Shown in pieces: positions 37,706 through 51,268 of a stretch of DNA of 64,000 bases. Where the stretch lies: the NCBI RefSeq assembly GCF_009914755.1, contig NC_060939.1. The stretch is one strand, 5' to 3'. The first letter of the stretch is position 1, and every line of letters starts with the position of its first letter. The stretch is from the human T2T-CHM13v2.0 reference genome, Homo sapiens. The position numbers and the translations under genes were made by a program. The notes beneath the pieces were generated by a model. It ran no database searches and was not told the DNA's origin. It saw only the letters and a program-made list of their open reading frames with translations.

Positions 37706-39819
37706 ACTCTAACTTTTACATACATAGTGATTTGTTTTTTAACTTTTGATTATGAAAATTTTTCAAATTTATACAAAAATAGAAAGAAAAGAAAAAATGG
37801 TGAAGTTTTGTGCAGCCAACAACCCAGCTTCAACAAGCATCAACTTATGGTTGATCTTTTTTTATCCATTCTCCTAACTAGCCCTCATCCCAATTATTCT
37901 AAAGCAAATCCCAGACATTATACCACTTCATCTACAACACATGTGCCTACATAGATGAGGCCTGTTTTTAAATGTAACCACAATGCTATTATCACCACCT
38001 GTCCAAATGAAAAATTCCCTAAAGTCATCTTTCTACCAGTGTTCAAATCTCCCCAATTGTCTCATCAATGTTTCCCCACAGTTTGTTTGAATCAGGACCA
38101 CACATGCTCTTTTATGGAGTTGGGGCTGTAATTCATACCCACATTGGTCTTGCCCCAAACCCATGCTCTTTCCAAACACCCAGCTCACATTATGGATGGA
38201 AGAATCTGTATGCTTTATATAACAATTGACTTGTTAACATATATGTGTATGCAACCATTTATAAGTTTTAGGTATTGACTTAGGAAGTAAAACCAAGGTA
38301 TTAATTTGTAATTTTTCTTCACTAAGGAACTAGTAAAAACCATTAGTATAGTCTCTCTAATCTCTGGTGCAAATCTCTTCTTATGACCTGCAGGACTCTT
38401 TTTATTTTTTATCGCAAATGAGTTTCTGTTCTATTTTTGTCCCACAGTAGATTGTTCTGAGGTTGTTATTTCCTTATATCAGGGTCTTTATTATTATTTT
38501 CATTAATCCACACAGTCATCCAACAAATCAATTGAGCATCTATTATTTGCCAGAGAGTGTAATTGACAGATAGGGTCCCTATTCCTGTGGACTTACATTT
38601 TATGGGTGAGACAAAAAATAAGTGGACAATAATTAGAATAACTTCAAATTGTGATAAATACCATATGAAAGCAAACCAGGAGTGAATGTAGAAAAATAAT
38701 GGTGGAAACAACTTTCAAAGGCATTTCAAAATGATCTGCTTTTACTTGCTGGAAGTTCTTTTTAAAAGCAGGCTCCATCATTGGTATTTAAAAGATATTG
38801 CATCTTTCAATATGCTTTTTGCTAACTGCTTGCTACTAACTACTTATTACTCCCCAATGGCTTCCCTTTCTTTATTTGTGTCACTGCAGTTTTGCTTCTA
38901 CAGCTCTTTAATTTGAACACTCAATATTATAACTCCAACATGGCAGTGGTGGGGCCTTCATCCTTGATTTCTTTGGTTAAAAGAGTAACTTCCATATTGA
39001 GTCCAAGCAGAATGCAGATCTCCCATGAGGCAAAACATGGTTACCACAATGCTTATTGAGTCATTCCTTTTGGTGATGGTTGTTCAATTTGTGAAAATAT
39101 TTTTAATTGAGTTGGTACATAGTCATTGAAAAATGCAAACAATATAAAGGTTTATACATGAAATAAAGTCCCTATCAAGCCCCCCTTCTTCCACTCCTCA
39201 TCCCCAAGTGAAACCCTTAATGGCATTTCAGTGTGCCTTTTCCATCTTCTCCTATGTGTATGAGGTCAGCTAGAATAGATTGTCCAACAGGGCCACCACC
39301 AACAGATATGTCTGGATGGAGGGTGTCTGGACGCTAGACTTATTTTGAGAACCTTCTGTGCTGAGTATCCAGAGTCTTCATGGTTATCACACTCCAGGGC
39401 ACTGTGAGCTTCATTGGTGTTGGCCTACACTGTTAATGTTCTTTGGGAAGTTTGCCTTTTGAGCTGAATACAACTTAGTACAAGCTTAATCCTTGGCAAT
39501 TTGGGGAGATAAAAATATAATGAAGTGTGTTTATGACCATTTTGTTACTGTAGGACTTCTGGCTATTATCCAGATTGAAATAAACCATGAAAGGAGAGGA
39601 TCTGACACCAAGTCATCAAGTCTGACAAAACAGGCCATCATTGCAAGGCAATTTTAAAAGAGATGTTCAAATAATATTTCAGCAGGCACTAAAAGTGCTA
39701 GAATAATATGAACATGCAAAGGTAAATACATTGAAGAATATTAACAATGTAATTACCGATTATTAAATAAAATGTATTTAATTCACTACTCCCTAAATGC
39801 TTTGATCTCATTTTGGGTA

Positions 39820-42050
39820 TATGTGGATTTATACATAATGTTCTGCAACTTTCTGTTTTCACTCAAGAATATCCATATTCAAAACAGTCCTATCTCATTT
39901 ATTGATAGAAAGCATAGTATCACATAATATGAATATTCTGTACTGTATATAACCATTCCTCTATTGGTAGACATTAAAGATGCCTCTAACTGTGCACTAT
40001 TATCAATAATGCTGCAAGAAATATCTATGTACAAATATCCTTGAATGTGTGTGTATTCCCAAAGGGTAGATTCCTAAAAGTGAGTTTCTGGGTCAAAGCG
40101 TAGATGAAATGTTAATAGACTTGATCAGATTGTATTCTGAAGACATTCAGACAAAGCACAACATATGGGAATGTTCTTTTCAGCTAGAAAAGTCAAAGCA
40201 ATCTTAAGCAAAAAGAACCAAGCTGGAGGCATCACATTGCCTGACTTCAAATTATACTAGAAGGCTACAGTAACCAAAACAGCATGGTACTGGTACAAAA
40301 ACAAACACATAGACCAATGGAACAGAATAGAGAGCCCAGAAATAAAGCCGTACACCTACAGCCATCTAATCTTCAACAAAGCTGACAAAAATAAGTAATG
40401 GGGAAAGGACTCCCTATTCAATAAATGGTGCTGGGATAGCTGGCTAGCCATATGCAGAAGAATGAAACTGGGCCCCTACCTTTCACCATATATAAAAATT
40501 AACTCAAGGTGGATTAAAGATTTAAATGTAAGACCTCAAAATACAAGAATCCTAGAAGAAAACCTAGGAAACACCACTCTGGACATGGGCCTTGGGAAAG
40601 AATTTATGACTAAGTCCTCAAAAGCAATTGCAACAAAAACAAAAATTGACAAGTGGGACTGAATTAAGCTATAGAGCTTCTGCACAGCAAAATAAACTAT
40701 CAAGAGTACACAGACAACCTACAGAATGGAAGAAAATATTTGCAAACTATGTATCTGACAAAGGTCTAATGTCCAGAATCTATAAGGAACTTAAACAATT
40801 GAACAAACAAACAAAAAATAACCCCATTAAAAATGGGCAAAAGTCATGAACAGATACTTCTCAAAAGAAGACATAAAAGTGGCCAACAAACATATTAAAA
40901 AAGCATTTATCATCACTAATCATCAGAGAAGTGCAAATTAAACCCACAGTGAGAAACCATCTCACACCAGTTAGAATGGCTATTATTAAAAAGTCAAAAA
41001 GCAACAACAGATGTTGGCAAGGCTGCAGAGAAAAAGGAAATGCTTATACACTTTTGGTGATAATGTAAATTAGTTCAGCCACTGTGGAAAGCAGGTGAAA
41101 ATCTCTCACAGAACTTAAGATAGAGCTACCATTTGACCCAAAAGAAAATGAATCACTTGACCAAAAGGACACATGAACAGATATGTTCATTGGAGCAGTA
41201 TTCACAATAGCAAAGTCATGGAATCAACCTAGGTGCCCATTAATGGTGGATTAGATAAAGAAAATGTGGTACATATACACCATGGAGTGCTACACAGCCA
41301 TAAAAAAGTGTGAAATCATGTCCTTTGCAACAACATGGATACAGCTGGAGACCATTATCCTAAGTGAACTGACACAAGAACAGAAAACCAGATATCATGT
41401 GTTCTCACTTACAGGTGAGAGCTAAACATCAGGTACTCATGGACATTAAAGATGGCAACAATAGACACTAAGAACTACTAGAGGGAGGAGGGAGGGGGAT
41501 AGGTTTGAAAAACTAACTATTGGGTACTATGCTTGTTACCTGGATCATGGGCTCATTCATACCCCAAACTTCAGCATCATGCAATATACTCATGTAACAA
41601 ATCTGCACATGTACCCCCTGCATCTAAAATAAAAGTTGAAAAAGAAAAAAAAGTGCTCTTTTCTTTCAATGCTTCCACCATTGGATATTATCAGGCCTTT
41701 CATATTCCCAATATGAGGGGTCTAACATAGCACTGTGTTTTAATTTAAATTTCTCTGATAACGACTCTGATATCATCTTTTCACATGTGTATTAGCTATT
41801 TGCATTTCTTCCTCTGAAATTTTCTTGTCTATATCTTTTGCGCATTTTTCTGTTGAGCTGTTTGTTTATTTTCATATAGATTTGTAGAAGCTCTTTTTGT
41901 ATGGTAGGGACACTAACTTCTATATTGTAAACATTTTCCAACTGCTTTTGTTTTCAAGTGTTGTTTAATTGTGCATTTTGCTATAAACAAAAAAACCTTT
42001 TCATTTTAAGGAGTCAAAAGTTAAGTCTGTTTCTGGCTTCTGGCTTCTGT
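39820..42050 (-). mobile_element. L1ME fragment interrupted by the L1PA16-like insertion
   Basis: Antisense 3' ORF2-like text is collinear on both sides of 40182-41650. Confidence 0.6.
40182..41650 (+). mobile_element. 5'-truncated L1PA16-like element
   Basis: ORF2 pieces (ORFs 40462 and 40628); 3'UTR 'gatggcaacaatagacact...catctaaaataaaagttgaa'; degenerate TSD aatgttcttttc / agtgctcttttc. Confidence 0.9.
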
Positions 42051-43155
42051 TTTTCCCAAGGTTAACCATCTTTCTTGGCTGTAGCTGCACCAGTGCCTCC
42101 TATTTTTCTACTTCATGCACATTAAGAGATGGGCTACAGCCAGAGATGGGAGAAATGAAGTGGGGTGAGGGAGGGGAAAGAGGAAGAAGGAAGAAGAAGG
42201 AAGAGGGAACCCAAGCCAAAGACTCTCAGCAGAACTTGCTAGAGCTCCCTTTCCTGGCGCTAACCTTTGAATGGCTTTTGCTTTCCTGGCAGATCTCAGG
42301 AAAGCTAATGGGAAGGATGGGAGAAGTTGCACTTGATCAGACTCCATTCCCTGCCACCCTGGGGGGCCCTGTTTGTTGCAACCTCCCTAGAAATGCTCCA
42401 GATTTGCTTCTCAACCACAACCCCCATTTCTCAGGGCTCCTCTGGGGTGGAGGTTTGGGCTCTTTTTACAAAAACAAGACAAGCCCTGATTCTCTACCAG
42501 AGAATTTCTTTACTGAAGGACATGTTACGCTGCTGGTGTGGAGGTCATTTTAAGTGGTTCATCAACCCACTATATAATAACTTTGAATTGCAGGGTGAGA
42601 AAGTTACGCCCTTTCTAATTTGTTTCCTAATCTTTCTGATTGTATCAAGGAGTATTTATCATGGTGGTAATGTTCTCCACACCTCCCTAACTCAAGCTAG
42701 AGTCTCTTTTTAACAGACAGAAAGTAGGCCTCAGGCTCACATTTTTTTGGCAGACAACTATTTAGTTAGAATTTAACAACATGCTATTGTTCTCATTGTA
42801 TTTATTTTCTACAGTTATATTCTATTTTTGGCAAATGATTCTGGTAGGGATTTAGAATGGATATATAAAGTTTCCTTTTGAAATATATTTAGTTTTAGAA
42901 AAACAGTCAGTAGTGGTGCAGATGGCACTTGAATATAACAAAAGTCATGCTGGCGATTCTCCTCGAGTTGGGGCTTGGGAAACCTAAATCCAAGTCTACT
43001 CGGCCTCCCAACAGCTCTAGTCTCCCTTACTGCCCCCCTTACCTACAGGCCTCCACTGCCTTCTCTTTGCTCCCTGGATGCCTCATTCTCTCCTGGCCTC
43101 CACCCTCCCGCCCCCAGTCATATCTATACTGACCTAGTCTTGGAGCTCCCCACCT

Positions 43156-43275
43156 TTTTTTTTCTTTTTTTCTTTTTTTCTTTCTTTCTTTTTTTTTTGA
43201 GATGGAGTCTCACTCTGTTGCCCAGGCTGGAGTGCAATGTTGTAGACATGGCTCACTGCAGCCTCGACCTCCTGG
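43156..43275 (-). mobile_element. 5'-truncated Alu (J-like) right-arm fragment
   Basis: Long T tail plus about 75 bp of Alu. Confidence 0.9.
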
Positions 43276-43714
43276 AGTTCCTTTCCTAAAAAATTTTATG
43301 CTTGGGTGTTAATGGGTGCTACCTGTTCCTAGTCATGATAGGCTCATTTTAATAATGACCTTGGGGAGAGGGTTTCTTAACATGAGAGAGATAGTGGTAA
43401 GAGCATATGAGTTCAGTGCTCAGAGAGATCACAGTCTACCTCCTGCTTTAACCAAATATTAGCTGTGACCTTGGGCAAGACGATGAACCCAAAAGAGGAA
43501 GGTTAGCATTCCAGGAAATTGGGGCTCTCTATTAGAAGAGAGATGGATTGTGGCAGGATGATCCAATGCCACCCCACGAATGATACCAAATGGGACAGCT
43601 CTTCCTAGAATCTTTCAGAAGACTCCATGGTCCCAACTTTCATTGTCCTTCTAACCTGCAGGGAGGAAGACAGCTTTGTGAGGACACAGGCAGAGCCCTT
43701 AGAAAGTCTTCCCT

Positions 43715-44600
43715 GCATAATAGCATTATTTTTAATAGCCCAAACTGAAACAACTCACATGTCCATCAGTGGGAGGGTGGATAAATAAGAGGTACCTGTA
43801 TGAGGCTGTTCTTGCATCATGGTAAAGAAGTACTCAAGACTGAGTAATTTATAAAGAAAAAAGATTTCACTGGCTCTTGGTTCTGCAGGCTGTACAGCAA
43901 ACATGGTGTGGGCATCTGCTCTACTTCTGGGGAGACCTCAGGGAGCTTTTATTCATGGTAGAAGGTGAAACAGGAGCAGACAGGTCACATGGCAAAAACA
44001 GGAGCAAGAGAGAGTGGAGGAGGAGGTACCACACTTTATGACAACCAGATCTTGCGAGAACTCACTCACTAAGGGGAGGACAGCACCAAGCCATGAGGGG
44101 TCCACCCATGTGACCCAAACACCTCCCACCAGGCCCCACCTCCAACATTGGGGATTACAATTCATGACATTTGGCACGGACATAGAGTCAAGCCATATCA
44201 GTACCCTAGTTTAGCAATGGAATACTATATAACAATGAGGGTGAAGAACTACAACTGCAAGAAACAGGATGGGTGAAATTCACAAGCATAATGTTGAGTG
44301 CAAGCCAGGAACAAATGAATTCTCACTGTATGACTCCTCTGAAGTACAGCATAAAACAGGCTAATGAATCGGTGCTGTTAGAAGTCAGGATAGCACTCCC
44401 CGTTGGTGGGAAGATAGTGCCTGGAAAAGGCCATGGTGGACTTCTGGAAGTTACTCGCACTCTATTTCTTGACCTGGGAGCTTGTTTCACAAGGGCGTTC
44501 ACTTTGTGAAAGTTCACTGAGCTGAACACATGTGATATATATACTTTTCTGGATGTCAGTTATTCTTCATTAAAAAGTTTTAAAGAATGTTATTATTATA
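43715..44600 (+). mobile_element. L1ME 3' end split by MST
   Basis: 'aatagcccaaactgaaacaactcacatgtccatcag' continues after the MST as 'aatggaatactatataacaatg'. Confidence 0.7.
43797..44200 (-). mobile_element. MST (MSTA/B) MaLR solo LTR inside L1ME
   Basis: TG...CA ends; perfect 5-bp TSD gtacc at 43792-43796 and 44201-44205. Confidence 0.92.
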
Positions 44601-44779
44601 AAAAATAAGCCCTTTTCACTATATGTGGGCACAGCTCCTTTTGGTGACAGCAAAATGGGGAAGGATTATCCTCTCAAGTCATAAAAGGGAGAGGAAAATG
44701 GATTGGGAAAAAGTGGGGGATGGTGAAGAGCAGGGCACAGAGGAGACAGCTGAGGGGCCCGCCTGGTTTGGGACTTGCT

Positions 44780-45050
44780 CTTAGGAGGGGTTTCCCTCAT
44801 GGCTCTGGCAGACAGCAAGGTCTAGGGGTCCCCGTGAAACGGAAGTGTGACTGTTTTTCATGGAACTGGTGCCTGCCATGGTTCCTCCTCACCTTCCTCC
44901 TCATTCCTGCGGTCCCACTTTCTCAAGGAGGATTGAGATCCAGGTGCACCAGCCAGGAATTTAAAGGTCAGTGAGTCAGAGTCCAAACACCAGAAGCTCA
45001 AGTGAAATTGCTGTGGCAGAGTGGAAATTGGCCCACATTGGATTTCCAGG
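44780..45050. promoter_or_regulatory. Candidate enhancer (NF-kB, ETS, AP-1 motifs)
   Basis: GGGGTTTCCC 44787-44796, GAAACGGAAGTG 44836-44847, TGAGTCA 44972-44978 in non-repeat DNA. Confidence 0.4.
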
Positions 45051-46639
45051 GAGCCTCTGGGTTAATTCTTCCTATGAGATTTGAAAGAATATTCGTGGCT
45101 GCTCTAGGCATCTGCTTTGTTAGTTATTTTTGCTGTTGTCTCTGTGGTCTGGCAGCGCTGAGAAGCCTGAGGGCTCCCACAAAGAAGGCAAGGGTGTGCG
45201 GACTGGGGAAGGAATTGGGGGCCGGTTGGGCCAGGCTGGTTTTGGAGGGAGAGATGTTTGGGTCCCAAGAGGCAAGGAGTGAAAGAGCTGAGGCCGGGAG
45301 GGGAACAGGAGTGTGGGTCCTAGGGTAGGGCCGGGAAGAGCAGGGTGGAGGGCCCCCTGCCAGGTTGGCTGGCCTGAAGGATGTTGTATTTCTGTCCCCA
45401 AGTGGTTTTGTTTAAAAAACAATTTAAAAAAAATTATGAAGTTTACACTGCCCCCAATATACATGCCTTACAGCCAAGCCTGTACCTCTCTCATTTGTCA
45501 CTTGGCTTTGGAACCCCTTGCCTGCCTTCCACTTTAAAGAAATCAAACAGATGGACAAGTCAAGGCCCCGCCACTCCCTTCCTCTCTCTGTGAGGTGGCT
45601 GATCTCCAGAACTCTATGCTCAGCCTTGCAGGATATGTTTTTAAATGTTTTCTGCATCCTCCACTGGCATCTCCGGTGGGTGTTTCCATAACCAGAGAGT
45701 CCTTTGTGCTGCAGGAGTGATGGTTTGGGCACACAGGCAGAAACAGGAGCTTCTGGGAAGGAGGGGTTGCTCAGGACCAGGCAGCTGTTGGAGGCATCAA
45801 GTGCCTGGGGAAACAAGGAGGAAGCAGACAGGTCATGAGGGCTGCAGAACAGCTGCGGGTGACGGCTGTGCAAGGACGGACGTTCCCAAGGAAATGCGTG
45901 AGCCCTGTGGTGTGGTCCCTCCTGGTGACCCCATGAACCAAAGAAAGTGAAGTGTCTGGTGTGATGGATGGATTTCTCAGGGAAGCCAGTGAAGACTCTG
46001 TAGTGTGCCTATGCTGGCGGCTGTGGGGGGCACAGGGGGTGCAGGGGCACAGCTGGCTGCTTGTTACCCTTAAAATGCTGCTCTTAGCACAGGAATGTGT
46101 GCACCTGGGGCTCTCTCCCTGTTCTCCTTGTCTACAATGCTGGGTCTGAAATGTAGAGGGTAGAGACTCGTACTTATCTGGAATAATTTGATAATTACTT
46201 AATGATTCCATTCATTGATCCAACAACACTCATCCAATGCTGTATCAGGCACTGGGGAGTGCACAGAGATGACCAGGATGATGTTCTTCCCTCTTCTCCT
46301 TTGGGGAGACAGGCCTGTGTTACAAACCCCAGCAAGAGGCCTGCTGTGGGAGAGAGGTCCAGGCTAGCATGGAGGGACCACAGAAGTGTGATAGGCTCCC
46401 ATGGATGGGATGGGAAGAACTTCCTAAAGGAGAGGGACCGTGAGAGGGGAGGATGTCTCTGGGTCCAAAGAGCTTTGAAGCTGACAGTCAGTAGGAGCGA
46501 GGGCAGGAGGGGATGAAATACACCTGGAGGAGGGGGCAGGGAGGGATGAACCAGAAGGGGAGTGAGGCCTTATTGCACACTTGGGGCTTGGCTATCGTGC
46601 CAAGAAGTGTGAATGTTACCTGTGGGTATTTCTGAAGTG

Positions 46640-46966
46640 ATGTGATTCAATCAATTGTCCCCCCCCAAATTCATATGTTGAAGCCCTAACTCCCCATGTG
46701 ATGATATTTGGAGATGGAGCCTTTGGGAGGTAGTCAGGTTTAGATATGGTCTCAAGGATGGAGCCTGCATGATGAGATCAGTGGCTTAATAAGAAAAAAC
46801 AGCAGAGAGCTTGGTCTCTCTCCCCACCACATGAGGCCACAGTGAGAAGGCAGCTGTCTGCAAGCCAGGAAGAGAGTCCTCACCAGGACTTGACCATGCT
46901 GACACCCTGATCTTGGATTTCCAAGAACTGTGAGAAAATAAATTTCTGTTGCTTAAGCCACCCAGT
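46640..46966 (+). mobile_element. MLT1A0-like LTR
   Basis: 'ccccaaattcatatgttgaagccctaac...gagaaaataaatttctgttgcttaagccacccagt'. Confidence 0.85.
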
Positions 46967-47069
46967 TGTGTTTGGGGGGAGTCAAGTGAAGAAGCTGTTG
47001 TAATCTTGCAAGTGGGTTGCATGAGGGACTAGATAGGGAGAACGTTGGGGATTATCCAGAGCAGCCACT

Positions 47070-47300
47070 GCTTTGCATGTTTACCAAGGGCTCCTTGCAT
47101 GCCAGGCGCAGTGCAGAGTTCTTTACTCGAGCCTTCTTATTCACTCCTCCATAGAAGGGATTGTCGTTCTGGCCATTTTACAGATGAGGAAATGCAGGCT
47201 TAGAGAGGTGTAGTAACCTGTGTGAGGGACCAGATGGGTAAGTGGCCAAACCAGGATTGGAAGGCAGATCAGGCTCCACATCCTGCTTTAACTACTCTGC
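47070..47300 (-). mobile_element. MIR
   Basis: 'cattttacagatgaggaaatgcaggcttagagagg'. Confidence 0.75.
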
Positions 47301-49306
47301 CATTCTAATCTGTGCTGAATTCAGACCTCCCAAGATTCCACCTCTCCTTGAGGAAGGAACATTCCCCAGTCTCCTAAAGGGTCAACAAAATCACAAATGT
47401 CTACCACTAGGGATCTGCATGAAGTATGTTCCCTCAAATCACAGCACCGTTTGTCATCATTGCAGGAAAATATGACCTGTGTGTCCAGGACAAAGTGGGA
47501 GGCAGGGCTGGGGCTGGCTGGGGGAGGGGTGGCAGGGTGGGCGCTCTGGGGAAAGCAGCTCGGTGAGGGCTCCTGGCTGACTCGGAAGGGAGGTGCCTGG
47601 GCATTGGGAACCACAGACAGGTGCACCTCATTTTGAAAGGCACTGTGATCAGTGAGAGGGGGCAGGAAAGGAGGTATCAGTCCACACTCAGGAGAGCCTC
47701 CAAGGCCAGAAGCCAGCAGAGAAAGGGCTTCATGACGGTGATGGCCGACTGCCTGTCATTTGACCAGAACATCTTGGAGCCCCCACTCTTAGGGACCTCT
47801 TTGGGCTTCCTCATGGCAGAGTGTATGGGGGCAACTGCAGCCTCAGCAGCCTGAGGGAATCCATGAAACCCATTAATGGGAACTCCTGAATCTTACTACC
47901 TTGTTAGCCTCCTCCTGCTTGAGCACAGTCTTAGCAATCCTGTTAGAGTTCCTGCTTCCCTCATGGATTTCTGGACATTTTAGTAGTGTCTGATGTGGTC
48001 CTAGGCCTCTGTTGCTTCAAAATAAGGATCTCTCCCCACCTCCCACTGACTCCCAGTTTGCCCCTAGGAGTTGGAATCCTAATTAAATGCATGATTAAAA
48101 TGTTTTCTCCTAAGGTTCTTAAGCTCCATGTATAACAGGCAATACAACGATGTTTGGATGTGTCACCTAACACCATCCATGAGAAGTGTATAGATCTGAA
48201 TGTTGTCCCCACTGGGACCACTGACATGGAGTAAGAAATGGAGAAAGAAGGGTGTGGCACCTGCCATAATGGCAAGTCTCTTCTGGGCAGCTTAGGCATC
48301 TTGCCGATGTAGTCCAACTCTTGAGGTAGATATTAGTAGCCTCATTTTGTAGATAAGGAAACTAAGGCAAAGTTTGCACAACTGGAAGACAGCAGACCTG
48401 GCCAGGGGCACTGACTTCCTGGTTTGGAAGTCCCTTCTATCACGCCCTCTTGTCCCTCTTTTCCCCCCCACCTTCCTATGCTGTAAAGAAGGAAGTACCG
48501 CCAGGAATATGGTCACATGATTTATAGGCTGAGATTGGCATCTGGGGAGTTGGGTTGTCTAACAGGAGACCTTAGTTCTTGTTGCGACTCTACACATCCC
48601 TCTGGGCCTCAGGTCTGTCATCTGTCAAATGGGAGGGTTGCTCTACTCATCTCCAAGGTCCTTCCAGGAGTGACAACATGACATCCAAGGCCTATGGAAG
48701 GTGCAAGGACAAAGCAGCTTGCTTGACCCATTCCTCCTTGGGACTATGAGGCCTGATTTGTGGCTCTGCACCCCCTATCCTTGCCAAGGATGATGCCGTC
48801 TCCAGATGGGTTAGCCTATACCATAGGCAGGTGCCCTTCACACCCTGGAGTGCCACGTACTATGCCTGAGCCCGGGAGGGAGGGCGATACTGGGGGGTCT
48901 TCTTGGGTGGGCCTAGGCTGCTTCCCTAGAAAGAGGAATCAGCAAGGGTGGCTGGAGAGTCTGGGGCTGGTAAAGGGATCTGCCCTCAGGTGTTTTCACC
49001 TTGTTCTTTGATAAAGGGGACATATTTTCTTCTTTTTATCCTGTATATAGCCGGCTTCCTAGTAGAAAGTAAACAAGCACACAACAATTAGACAAATAGA
49101 TATGGTATGGTTCTGATTAGCCAAAGCAGGACGAAGCTAAATTTTAAGGACACTAGGCAGCCACTGACCAGCTGAGAGACCATAGACATGTCATTTTACC
49201 TCCGTAGGTCTCAGCTTCCTCCTTTGTTCAGGATGTGTCTGGATTGGGTGATGGGAGGCCTGGCATTCCTTGGCTTCATGAATGAAATGGTGAAGTTGAG
49301 TAGGAG

Positions 49307-49483
49307 CAGGGCTGACTTCCTGGGCGTGCAACCCCGGCAGTCACACAGGGTCTCATACTTAGAAGAGTCCCATGCTTGGTCTAATGCTTTGCCGCACCAC
49401 TTTGAAATGCATAATATTTTTTTAGCAAAGGGCCTCACATTTTAATTTTGCACCAGACCCTGCAAATTATGTAGCCGGTCCTG
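49307..49483 (+). mobile_element. MER91A-like hAT-Tip100 MITE
   Basis: cagggctgactt...gtagccggtcctg terminal inverted repeats, 177 bp. Confidence 0.8.
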
Positions 49484-50847
49484 GGAAGCAGTGCCCACTC
49501 TCTGCTCTTAGACACTGGAGGCTGAGTGAATGTCAGGCCTGCCCCTGGCCAAGTTGTAAGGTAGAGACACTTGTCCCTGGCCCTTCGTCTGGCCTTTCTG
49601 AGTCTTCACCCATCATTTCTTGGAGCTAAGGCCTCCTGCAGACACTGGGTGCTTCTCCAGAGTGTGCCACCATATCCTCCTAGGTGTGCCTGCCTCTGGC
49701 GTCACACCATGCACCATCAAGACTTTCCCAATTCTTTGTAGTGAACCTACCTCTGTGCTTGTCCATGCTAGGGGCTTAACATTTATTCACTAAGGTGATT
49801 GACTAAATATGTGATCAAATAATATGCGATGAAAGCAGCTCGACAGAGTGTCCGGTGCCAAGGGCACTGGCCTAGGAATCCAGTCTGGGCTCTGATCACC
49901 TCACTTCCCTGGACCTCCTTTTCCCATGGAGTAAAAGAGGTGCTTGGTGAGATGGCTGGAGGTCTCCCCCAGCACTCGCTCTCAGACACACCTTGCTGGT
50001 GCCTCTGAAGTGACATTGCCAGGTTCATCTCAGCTGACAGGTAAGCCCTGGGTAAGATGTCTCAGCTGATCAAGTGGACCAGAGGGCACATGTGTTCTCC
50101 CTGATAGACCTCTGAGGACCCACCCTTCAGAGGGGGGCAGGGATATGGTGTGGGGGCTGAGAAGATGGATTAGGGAGGAGATAAAAGTGGTGTAGGGATG
50201 GGAGCAAGTTTCTAAATTCCATTTGAAGTCAATTTGCAAAAGCAGAGACTTGAGGAGCACTCCCCACCCAGAGAAACACCTAGACTGTGAGAGACACTAA
50301 AAGTCTATCTAGAATTCCACATTTACAGTGGAGCCCAAAGGAACCAGCTGGGCTCCTGGCCCCTGCCCTCGGGGACTGGCAGCTGAGTGGATGCCCTCCC
50401 ATGGCACTGAGCCGGCTGGGCGGACACGAGTTTGACTGGCTCTTTTGTCTATAATATGTATCACTTTGCTGTTGAGGCTTTCAAGTGAAGTCATAGAGCA
50501 GTTACTGGCAATACCATCTCCTTTATTCCGAGGGGCTATTTATAGAAATTCTTGCTCTTAAGTATATTGGCAATATCTCCTCACAGGAGGGCCTTCATCT
50601 CGGCTCACCCCCGGGGGAGCTCTCAATTCCCTTAGTTGTCTTGCTTGTGAAAAAGCAATTTTAATTTCCCAAACAAATTTCCCAAACCTCTAGGGGAAAA
50701 GAAATCTATTTCCTAGTAGATTTTAACTGAGCGAGGGCTAAACTGGGGGAAGCAGAATTGTTTTTCAGTTTCCTCTGAGTGAGGTCTCTGGGTCTATGTC
50801 CATCCTGTAGGATCTTGTTTGAATGGGAACCAGGCTTCTTAAGCTAT

Positions 50848-51268
50848 CTGTTGTGAATCATTCCCTGAAAAGCAGACTCTGAGACAGATTTGTGTGTGGA
50901 AGTTTGACTGGAGTATGCCCTTGGGATCAACATTGGGAAGACAGAGTTGGGCCGTGATGCAAATGTGACAAAGGTTTCAGCCAATCCCACTGGGGGTCTG
51001 GATCTAGGATGGTCCCTCAGAGTTTTGCTGTACGAAAACCAGGGGTCCAGGCCTTGCCCCCTGCATCTACCCATCTATTAGATGTGGATTGTCTATGGGA
51101 AGGGGTTATCTATTGGAAGGGGACATATCTTTCGGTGAGGCAGCTCTCTGTAACTGAGAGCAAGTTGAAAGTGAGCAAGATGAAAACTCATCTAAGCCAT
51201 CATCTGCCAATGCCACAGCTGGGAAATCAATGCCTCAGTCCCACAACTCACACTGTTCGGTCCACACA
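50848..51268 (-). mobile_element. LTR16-like ERVL LTR
   Basis: 'aagcagactctgagacagatttgtgtgtggaagttt...cagccaatcccactggg'. Confidence 0.6.

Noticed and set aside
46501-46549. Repeated gggcaggagg(g)atgaa
   Set aside because: Short, imperfect, low-complexity purine sequence.
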